This document shows, piece by piece, positions 53,384 to 64,000 of a stretch of DNA of 64,000 bases; the stretch's first letter is position 1, and each line of letters opens with the position of its first letter. The translations under genes were made by a program, and so were the position numbers. Below the pieces are notes generated by a model. That model was not told the origin of the DNA. It did not search any database and worked only from the letters and a program-made list of their open reading frames with translations. Origin of the DNA: Owenia fusiformis (Eukaryota). The DNA is taken from assembly GCA_903813345.2 (NCBI GenBank), contig CAIIXF020000001.1:41664001-41728000 (forward strand). Direction: 5' to 3'.

Positions 53384-56174
53384 TACATGTAATAAAATGC
53401 CCATATGAATTTGATATTGTTACTTGAAGATTTTGCACGAAGGTATAGCTCAATCATAAAGGGATCAACTATAAGACTATCCGCAAAATTATTTTTGACA
53501 ATCAGAAATATGAAAATATAATTTTAAACAAAGGGTAGACAAAATATACTACAAGTACAGAACATGCACTATGTTTGAAAAGACATGATCTGTATTTTTT
53601 CGGCAGTTAACCATTGTTTGCTTTGCCCAAAGATCAAATGGACCAGCCTCATATGATCCACCTCAATGGTCCACCCCTATCCACCTATGTGTTTCATCAT
53701 CATGACAAATATCACGACAAACACGTCATGACAAACATCATCACAAAAAACATATCATGACATAGATGCCTTTAAAAATACTTGTAATAGAATACTATAA
53801 TTATTATACTTTGTATATACCTTAATGACTAAGTGAACTTATATAATATAATGAAACATATGCAAAAACCTGTATTATGACCTATGTGTTGGAGGATTGG
53901 GATGAGAAGAGTCAATAAGAGATATATTTATTTGTATATGTAATGTGTGCCCAATGGTCATAAATGTTGAGATGAAAAAAAGATAATCATGGTTATTTTT
54001 GCATAATTTCTGGACACATCTTCATAACCTGTTGTATCAATAATAGTTTTAAAATCTGTATGTCTGATTTTAACATTAGGATTCAGTTTATGTATTTAGT
54101 TCTTCTGAGATTCTTGTGCCAATTTTCTTTTATGATGACTTGGTTATCGTGAACTTAGGTTACCTATCACTGTCAGAGGCTTTGGTATCTTAATTAAATG
54201 AGACTGGCATCTAAAGCCATATTAAATGAATCGATGCTCATATATTTGGCATTTCCTGAAGTTCTTTCTCTTGATGAAATGCTCAGTTGGGAATCAGAGA
54301 CAGTTCAAATGTTGTTGATGATTTGGCTTATACAGGAAAATGTTTTCCCTATCTAAAATGTATTAAAAAGACAGCGTTAAGGTTTTCTATTTTATAAATC
54401 AACGTTGATAAAAATTTATTTCCTGTTGACAGCAAAGTTAGCAATCTTTCGATTGGTTTTGATTTTGCTTTTTTGAAATACAGCTTCATCTAATATATGC
54501 TATATGATCGGACACTCAAGAGTAGAAAGTCATTAGTCTAAGGTTATAATTGATCAATACATTTAGCATCAATATTTGCTTGTTTTTTCTTACCTATTTG
54601 CATTAACCATAGACAGCAATAGGAACTATTAAAGGGAAACATGTCTGACAAATTCCATAAATTCCATTTTGCCTCAGTGATGAATACATTTTAATCAATC
54701 ATTACATTCTTCCTCTAAATTCTACTTCTATTAGGATAACCAGAAAAAATATTTTAAAAGAGAAAGTCTCTGATCGAAACTAATTTTTTGCCTGTCAGTT
54801 GTGGCTAATTTAATTGTTCGCCTAAAGAATGGCCATCCAATCACACGGATCCTAGGTTCATACACTTCGGTATTGATCTACATTGATCTTTGCTTGTTCA
54901 TTGTAACTCTTTTCTCTTGGTTCACACGTCAATGAACTTCTTAGATTTTTTAATTTAAGATCTTAATGGATAATATCAAATTGGCCTAATAGAATCGCAT
55001 GAGTAACTTTAGGTTAAGCAATAGATGATATTTGGTTATTTTTCATATTATGAGTTCCCTCATCCCTAACATTCAGATTCCCCAATAGTGAAATTAGATA
55101 CATAGGAAGGATGGCACTATCATTCACTTTATATTCAACACCTAAAGCATTCATAGGAAATTACCCAAAATAATCCATCCCATCAGGAATAATCTGATGG
55201 GTGGCTTTAGGAATGTCTTAGGAAAACAATATATTACAAACTTTCGATCTTTATTCCTAGTGTATTTTGAATTACAAGGCTAAGTAAATTTTGTAAAGCA
55301 GTACAAATAATAGAACTTTAATGATTATTTGATCTCATCCAAATTGCAAGTACCATTGACATTTAGAAGAAACAATTACCATAACATGTCTTTTTGCATC
55401 TTCCTCCCTAATGTTTAGATATTTTAATTAAATATTGATTGGATTCATATTCAAGTTGGGATTTGAAAGCCCTATGTTATTGGAATATTCTGTTAGTTAT
55501 TCTTTACCATTTAAGCATTTCATATGGTTTAACATACATCATATAATATTCATCTTTAGACTTGTGTATTGTTAATCTTTGGTGGCCACACTGTATATCC
55601 TTTTATTTTGAAAACCCCAGTTTCCAACTTTAAATTTTGCCATTTCCAAAATCTCAGTTTTACCACGTCACTTCAAAAACACCCAAAACAGTTTCAAGTA
55701 ATCATTTAGAAAACTCCTTGGTTTGCCCTGTCAATTTATCTAATGATACATAAGGAGCTTAAAACTAGCAAGGGATTTCTAAGGTATATAGAATTATGGA
55801 TGGCATTACTGAATATCCATTCTCTTGGGATGGGTTCCTCTTTATATTAATAGCTGGCTCATATAAAGAATTTTTCATTATTACCTATAATTGAACGAGT
55901 CTTATTTCAAGGATGTTTCCTTCTATGATGGATATGATATTATCATGTATGTCTAATCTATTTATTAGAACTAACACAATGATATATTCAGTCTGTCTCT
56001 AAGTGAGATCAAAATAAATCACATGTTCATATAATAATGAATTTAAATGTTCATGTAATATGTCATCTAATCAATGTATTAATCTTGTTTTTTCATTGTT
56101 AAGATGGCAAGTGGAGACTGTATATTCTTCTCTCTTTTTGTGTTGTTCGTCTTATTTGTAATAGTGTTTCCTCT

Positions 56175-56238
56175 GTACAGAACACCTCTTGGACTGGCCA
56201 AAAGTGTTCATATTGGCAGGTGTTCACATTTTCAGGTT
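56175..56238. mobile_element. Fragment resembling MITE family 2
   Basis: gaacacct...aaaagtgttc...ggcaggtgttc...caggtt resembles 38809-38860. Confidence 0.4.
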
Positions 56239-57865
56239 GTGACCATCTTCGCACGCTCCAGTCTTCACTGCGTTCATCGACAGGAGCCGAGTGAACGAAG
56301 ATGGGTTGTAATGTAAACATTTTAAAAAATAATAAAAATGAGACTGACATATTAAAATGAGACTGACATTGAAAGCATTCAAACTGATTGGTGTTCAGAT
56401 TAGAAAGGTGTTCGAATTTACAAGTTCTATTGTATTTCACTTAATCGCTAGCACCTACATTTGCATTTACATGTTTTATCTTTGAGTCGTTATGTGATCT
56501 TCCAATGACTATGCTCTTGTACATTCTCATTCAAACATAATCAAAGTCTTTCTCTTCTTTGATTCAGTCTTCAAATACCCTTCTCGATAGTTTCATTATT
56601 TAGCTTCCTTAAAAAAGAGAGCTTTATCTCCCATATTTACGAGTCAGAATAATCTTCAAATGGACTCTTCATAGGACAAAATCCATAACTTTGTATAGCA
56701 ATCATGGTCGAACCCATTAAATTGATATATGATAGATTCTGTTCTTCATTGTCCTTTGACCCCTGCCAACAGCCATATAAGCCAGAGACCATTAGGCAAA
56801 AATTCAATATTCCTCAGCAGATAATGGTTATAAATATTCATCTGACTGCTCAGTTTGTAGGATTCATCATCAGTCATTGCTAATTCGGTTATTGGGAATA
56901 ATTTTTGTCTTTATTTCGTGATTTACTCACTTTTTGTTGTTGGTAGACCTACCGTATTCTCTGTAATTAGTGCCTGGGGTGTTTAGAAAATTCAAAATTC
57001 CTCCTTCAGCCATTCTAATAAGTCCCCATATAGCTATAACACAAAGTACATATGAGATTCTGCATCAGAAATACTGAATAATTCTCTGTTCTTTGATTTT
57101 ACTATGTTTCCTCATGTGAGTTTTAAAGATGTATAACTGTACAAATCTATTTTAACATAGGTGGCTTGAAAAAGATATAGGATGTCTAGCAATATATGAA
57201 TATCTGTGAAATAAATAGATTATTAAAAAAACATGTTTTATCCAAAAGTTGATTTGGAAAATGAAGTAAGCGAAACACATAATTAGACTTTAATAGCCAT
57301 GTAGATGCTTTATAAGAAATAAAACAGCATTTATTACACAGAATACAGGATGGGATAAGTAATGTTATTACATTGACCTTCTAACAATGGCTGCAATGTG
57401 AACATAACAATAAGGGCAGAGTTATATATCTGATACAGCTGTGAATATTCACAGTCTTATGTCAATAGAAATTACCATTTGTTAGAAACACTATAACAAT
57501 AGACTTGTTTATATTAATTAAAATATCAATTATCAATATGCAATATTTTATATTTCTTGATAACATTTATATTAATGGATCACAGTCTGGTTTAGATTTT
57601 ATTGTACTGCACTTATTGTGTAGCTATTGTTAAACATTGATGCATGTCACACAATTCAGAATTTTATTGTATTTTTGTGGGTTTTCGGATTATTTCTATC
57701 TATATTTACACTTGGGATATGTCAGGGTATTATATAAAGTCTTTTTATATTGTAAACATAAAATGTTCATCCGGATTCAACAGACCATTATCTGTTTCTT
57801 TGAAAAGAGAAAAGAGAAGAATACTATTGGTTGATATTGTTTATAGGGCTTTTATAACTTGTGGA

Positions 57866-57991
57866 TTTTATGTCACCACCACAAGTGGTAACCTATTGTT
57901 ATGGTCTCAGAGTACGGCAGTTGGACATCAGTGGTCGGCGTTCGGTGTCTGTAACAAATGATGGTGACATTTTGCATGTTAATGCCTTGTT
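57866..57991 (+). mobile_element. HINE/Helentron-like non-autonomous element
   Basis: T-rich start, subterminal ATGTCACCA ... TGGTGACAT inverted pair, short GT-rich core, conserved tail tttgcatgttaatgccttgtt. Confidence 0.6.
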
Positions 57992-58044
57992 AAGTATTGC
58001 TCCGATGCATTCTGATTGAAGATGCTCCTAGAGTGCTATCTGTT

Positions 58045-58104
58045 CATGTATATATGTATGTACGTCATGTACATGTATATATGTATGTATGTCATGTACA
58101 TGTA
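58045..58104. repeat. 27-bp tandem repeat (catgtatatatgtatgtacgtcatgta)
   Basis: Two near-identical copies plus a partial one. Confidence 0.75.
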
Positions 58105-58753
58105 TTGTCTCATTTCTTTGTTTACATGTTATCTGTACTGTCAACCAGATTGTCTCTATGCATGTATGCCTTTACGTAAATCTGTTTGTCTATACCTGAT
58201 AAACTTAATAAAACTGGGCCTTGGGTTTAAATTATCAATAAAGACTGCCTTAATGTTACATGAATTTCACTCAGACTCTGTTATTTGTTGGATAAATATA
58301 ATTTATCTTCACTGAATTAAGACATACTTTGGATGACTAAACCTCGTGATTTATTTATGATTTGATATCGGCCATCGCCAGATATATTTATGAGGATTCC
58401 TATGTCCTGTTTTTCATAACAATAACCCATAAATAGAGTATTATAATGAAGTAAAATTGTGAGTTTAATGATTCTGCTTGTATTGTCTTAGGACATAAAT
58501 AATGTGTTTGTTGATATACTGAAAAAAGGAACACATAATCGTGACGTCTGAGGATGATAAGGAACTCGAACAAGGTAGCCATTGTATCAAAAGTACATAT
58601 ACAACTGAGTGCAGTGTTTATCAAGCATACTGATACAAATATGAGGATGTGAGATTATTTGATTTATTCTGAACTTCAAAGTGGAACATTTTAGTCGATA
58701 TATCAAATAATATAAAGACAGGTTTATTATTAATATTAAAAGCATATAACAAT

Positions 58754-58962
58754 ATGGCCGCATCACTGCCAGGTTTAGCCGATTTTGTTTCCATAGATGC
58801 CAGAAGCAGGTCATGTAGTTTGAGTCCGTCATTCAAAAGAAGAAAACCAATAAACCGCAGTAGAATTCTGGATAAGATGCACTTAAGAGGGTCAACAGGG
58901 TCTACATCATTTTCTGGGTCAATGTCACCACCTAAAGGCTCATGGTTCCCACCAAAGTTTGG
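58754..58962 (+). CDS. Putative alternative first coding exon K (69 aa, Ser/Arg-rich) of LIM-less isoforms
   Basis: MAASLPGLADFVSIDARSRSCSLSPSFKRRKPINRSRILDKMHLRGSTGSTSFSGSMSPPKGSWFPPKF, donor TGG|gtaagt. 209 nt = phase 2. Confidence 0.8.
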
Positions 58963-58985
58963 GTAAGTCGTGTCATCTGTTGTGG

Positions 58986-59120
58986 TTTATTATGTCACCA
59001 CCTGAAGTGGTGACATATTGTAATGTACTTTTTTGTATGCAGTGTTTGGCGGTTGGTGTTCTTTGATCGGCGTCTGTAACGAATTGCAGGTGGTGACATT
59101 TTACATGTTAATGCCTTGTT
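58986..59120 (+). mobile_element. HINE/Helentron-like element, second copy
   Basis: ttattATGTCACCACCTGaagtGGTGACAT 5' hairpin, 3' CAGGTGGTGACAT and the same tail catgttaatgccttgtt. Confidence 0.65.
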
Positions 59121-60015
59121 GGCCTTGTTGAGATTTATTGTTTGTATCTACAAATGTTGCTACTTGTGACTTTTGATCATATCAATCAAAATTATTTTTT
59201 AAAAGAAACATTGTTGATGAAAGACTGAAAAATGAATGGAATAAAATATGTGAGTTCCATGTGTCTGCAAGCTGTGAAATGCTGAATGTATCTTATGCAT
59301 TTGATGATTTTACTGATGGTCTATAGATGGTATATGTATATCAGTTGAGGCTTTTTTCAAAGTATGTTTCATGAAAACTTCATGATTCAAATATAGATGG
59401 CAGCCAGATCTAATATCATAGATACTTGGCTTTAGATTAGACAGATCATGAAATGAAAACTGATTGTTTTATCATTACTAAAGAGAATCTATGGACTGGC
59501 ATATGTAATTTATTTCTCGTTATTGTGCCAGATTGTCATCACTCTAATGGCGATTTGATGGAATACATTGTGGCAATTAAAGTCTATATAGTTTCAAGAG
59601 AAACATTCACTTTAATTACAGACCTTAAGCGATCATTGAAATTGTATTATAATGGGGAGGGTATATCGGTTAGTCCCTCAGTTCTTGAATTTCTTTTATC
59701 TTATTTTTAGCACTGCTTATTCCTGTCATTTAATTACTCAACATTGCATTTTATACTTTAAAAACATGAGTTATGTGTAAATGAAAGTATATACCTTATC
59801 TCAATAGCCCCCCCCCCTCTGGAATCGACCTCCATAATCAACCTGTTATAGCCTCGTCAGAAGTGTTTCTTCTTACTAACACTCCTCAAATAAAAATGTT
59901 TAATGATGAGTCTTTACTGAAAATATCAATATTTAATAGATGGCGCTTCTGTTAATGGTCAAGTTTGTAATTGAGTTAATGAAGATATAGTGTTCTTTAC
60001 AATATAAACGTAATC

Positions 60016-60184
60016 TCAGACCCAACTTAAAAGTAATTCGCAGCGTGTGAATAAAAATAAAGCAATATTTATAGCTCTCGCTCTGCGGTTTCTGAAATAA
60101 TGTTTTGCCATATATGCCAAATAAATTCCGTTTGCTTTCCAGTCTGGTTGCAATTTTGTAATAACTCTTAGATATGGGGTCTGA
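60016..60184. mobile_element. Possible small MITE
   Basis: TCAGACCCaacttaaaagtaatt ... aataactcttagatatgGGGTCTGA imperfect terminal inverted pair; CpG-containing interior. Confidence 0.35.
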
Positions 60185-63100
60185 TTATGGTGTTTGACGT
60201 GGCGTAATCACCACACAAATTACAGATTTATGCCTCACATATATTTCTAACGTTATCACTAACGTTGCAGTGCCAGCGTTTCATAAATCTTAATGGATTT
60301 TCGCTCCCATGCATACACAATGATTAGCCATGATGGATCTGGTTTTCAAGATAGACTTAAAACTTACTGTTACTTGAAATGTCTAAAATATCCTTCCATT
60401 TACTGACTAGTCTCTCCAAGAGCTGGTAGAGCCTTTGGGTATCACAATATAAAATAAAATATCAAATTTTACACTTCCATGAAGAATTTAGCAAATATAT
60501 CATCATTCGCTTGTTATTAGTAGTATTGGGGAGTGGGGAGGGTGTCACAAAGGCCATTGAAGGATTAAAACCTTTTATTGGGAGTAAGAATTTTGTTTTG
60601 TTCAAACTTGTGTAATCACTAATTACATTTAGTTGATTAGATTATCGACAGCTCCCCAAACCAGATTTCATTCATTTTTATCACATTAATGTGTATTTGA
60701 TTAATATAGCATTGAATAGTAATTCATCCCTCTAAACATGTTTATCTGCGTTTCCTGTGAGGCAGTGACGCAAGTAAGATTACCTCCAAATCTAACCAAG
60801 TAATCTACGTGAATTCCATAATTATGATTTCTACAGAATGCCTTTTTATAATGAGTTTGTGAAACGATTTTGTGGTTAGTTCGTTATACCCTCTAACAAA
60901 GGCAATTTAGGATGATATTCTGTTTCAACAAAACAAATATTTTGTTTTTTCTCCCGAAAGTCAAAAATGTCTTCTTGTCTTCCTTCCTTAAATATTTTGA
61001 CAAATACTATTTGTTTATTTATCGTTTTTTTATTTATTTGTAAAGTGACTGTCAGGTTTATGTAAACAAGATATTTGCAATTGTAATGCAATCGAAATAA
61101 CAACTAAAATGGTCATCTGTGGACATTTATTTGAGGTTAAGCAACTGGCATTGACGTCTTGTTTTCTTGGTATTATATTACATTATAGGGACATATATAA
61201 TAGTTTTGTCCTCACTAATTGTCACGAAGAGATGCTTATTCTTGATAATTTATTTACACATTCATTGTGTTTAGATACAATGCGCAAACTTCATATCTGT
61301 GATATAGTTGTTAGTATTTTGTATATTTCTGATGATAAGTGTTTGAATTGTTTTGCTTTCTTTATATGTTGCCCTTTGTGATTCTTTCTCAAATAATCAT
61401 ATTCTTTAATATGTAGTACTATATAGAAGAATATATTGTTACATGAACTTCAGAGTCACTCTTACATATTGCCTGAAGAATAGGGATTAGATATTGAACA
61501 TATTCTTGTGGAGAAATCTCTTTAGCTCTACCTGTGGTATGATACAAAAGAAATGAATTCCATCCTACCTAAGGCCTGTTACAATTCAAGGTAGAAGAGG
61601 AAATTAATTTACTCAGTTCTTGTCATCTCCGGTCGGATTATAATCTAGAAAGACATGATTCTGCTTTGATGTGTTTTTTGATTTGTCTCTATCCCATCAT
61701 AACTACTGCTTTGTGAAATACAATCCTGTTCATCTAGGTGCATATACATTTATTTTATTATTTCAAGAAGATGAATTTGAATTGATCTAGGTTGCCCAGT
61801 ATCAGTGAAAATTTACAATGCATCTAGTCTTTAATTAAGGCTACGTGACCCACCCCAATCCACTCTTGGTTTGAGAAAAAGATGTAGGCAGACTGGTCAA
61901 ATAGTAGCTAATAATGCTGAGTTTTATGTGCTTTTCCTTTGTATTGTGTATTTTACCAATTTTTATAAACAGGGTAGTCAATAAATTTCGATAGAAAGAA
62001 CATTTTTGATGTATTTCTTATTTTTTATTAGTGTAGATATTGTTGGTCTAAGTTCACTATACATGGAACATATTAAACAAACATAACAATAATACGAATA
62101 AAATAAATGAATTAAAGATTATATTTTACTTAAATGTACCAGATTTTGAGCCCTTTAATCAACTTTGTTATTTCATTACCTATTTGACATGCTCTTATGG
62201 GAAAAAAGTAGATCAAATAATGACAGGGAATCCTAGATGACGGTGATTCCAATACAGTTTTATTGCAAATATTTCAAATGATTTAAATAATATAGCTTTA
62301 GCCTAATTAATGAATAGTTATTTAAAAGTACAATCAATAACTTAATTACATTCAGGGTGATATTACAGACCAGAAGATGAAAAATGAAATTGAACTTGAT
62401 ATATTGACATTGAGGTGTTTAGTATTTGTTGTTTAGATGAGATAATTAAATTATCATGAGGTCATTAAACCATTTATACGTATTGGGAAACTGAAAATAA
62501 AAATGTGTTCAAGGCTAAATATATATTAATAACGTCATTAAATTTACTTATTCCATATTAAATAATTAATAAACACTTAGGGGACAAAGATATACTGAAT
62601 AATGTATAAAATAATTTGTAAGTAAAGAATTCACCAGTATCTTACAAAAATTCTGAAAAAGTAGTATGGATCATTTCAACGATGACATCAATGGAGAAAC
62701 AATCATTCGGTGTATGTACTTCGACAAAATATGGCGTAATAACAAATATATAATTATACAATAAAGTAAATTAGATAAAAATTCGGAGAGAGCACAAACG
62801 TGACTATATTAACTCTTTTGGGAAGTGTCAGCTAGGTAATTGTAAAGTGCCAGATTAAAAAAATCTAATAAGTTTCCCCGGAGTAGTAATTAATCTACCT
62901 GTCAGCTACATTTACAAGATATACTTGGAAACAATTGCGTGTACATCTAATTTACCACATTTCATATAAGACACATTGACGACCCTACAAGTCCACACAC
63001 AAAGCGTAGCTTCAATTCAGCAAGTTCCAATGTAAATTGAAGAGATCTCTAAATATTTTGATTTTATTAGGTCAAACAACAGTTTATGATTATTTATTGG

Positions 63101-64000
63101 TATTTGTAGTTATTAATGAATTAATGATTTTATTGCGTGATGAGATGGAATGCATATGGACTTAGTCAGTCTACTAGTGTATGTACATATTAGCTGTAAT
63201 ATTACAGGCAAACATGATGTAACTAATTCTACATCACAAATCATCATTAGGAAGGATAAAGAAAAGTCAATAGAAATGACTACTTATAAATAAACATGTT
63301 CATCTGAAAACATTCTGAACATATTCTACGGGAGCAGATAGAAGGCATCAACGTATCACAAAAAAATACAAAAAAGAATGAACAATGGTGGTATTGAGTG
63401 TTTATGACGTCAACGAAAAACGAACATGTCAGCACAAATCTGGATTATGAATGGTGAAAAACAATTCATAAACAACCGATAAAGGATATACATAACTGAT
63501 GAATCAATGTCAAGTTTCAATTTAGGGGCTAGCCTTTATTGACACTTTGCGCTGATAAATCTGAGAGGTTCTTAAAATTTTCATTTGATTCGGTGACCAT
63601 GCGTGGTTGATTTAGGTGGTTTTATGACATGATCTTCTATGGTTCATTGACTCTTCAATGTTACCAAGGAGCATGCACGATCAGGAACAGATGATAAAAA
63701 TTCAATGAATATCAAATTTTTAGAATAGAACTTTTTAAGATGAAGTAAATGTTGTGATCTCATTTGCGATATAATGGGATTGGTTTTCTCAGAAATATTT
63801 ATTAAAGAAATTGCAGCAATTAGCAAAATTAAGGAGTTGTCATAGAAATATCTCGTCCCATTATTAAATTTGCTTGGATACTATTTCAAATTGTACAAAA
63901 TAGATTACAGACTATAGAGTAAGGCAAAACACATCCGCAATTTAACAGTTACATGGCTTTTATCCTTTAGTAAAGGTAATTTCATCCAATGAGTCAGTTG

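Noticed and set aside
56104..56316. ORF MASGDCIFF... as the missing LIM-completing exon
   Set aside because: Read in the required phase 2 from the aag acceptor it stops after about 19 codons with no YCxxH/C motif; the ORF also overlaps a MITE-like fragment.
60738..60773. ATG...CAA|gtaaga segment (MFICVSCEAVTQ)
   Set aside because: Phase 0, not matching the phase-2 series.
61553..61590. Phase-2 segment MNSILPKACYNS before gtagaa
   Set aside because: Short with a weak donor; indistinguishable from chance.

Overview
AT-rich eukaryotic genomic DNA, mostly intronic. The repeat types look like those of a marine invertebrate, possibly a mollusc (inference only). No prokaryotic genes, rRNA, tRNA or CRISPR arrays are evident, and most of the ORF track is noise. 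The window holds the 5' part of one large + strand, multi-exon gene encoding a LIM-domain protein. A shared exon (30631-30868) spliced to a 33-nt micro-exon (42368-42400) gives ...CNMCGFIIKSDRVSVQKEIYHIACFKCCICDVPLTLRSY(R/S); the rest of the LIM domain is not found and presumably lies beyond the window. Around these exons is an array of ATG-to-splice-donor segments that look like alternative first coding exons. Those upstream of the LIM exon end in phase 1, matching its acceptor. Those inside or after the split LIM domain end in phase 2, matching the later junctions. This suggests a multi-promoter system producing full-LIM, half-LIM and LIM-less isoforms with different N-terminal targeting peptides. 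The introns carry several MITE families, HINE/Helentron-like elements, a LINE-like 3' tail, minisatellites and a 1.49-kb CAC-ended element with a 5-bp target-site duplication (Transib-like hallmarks).
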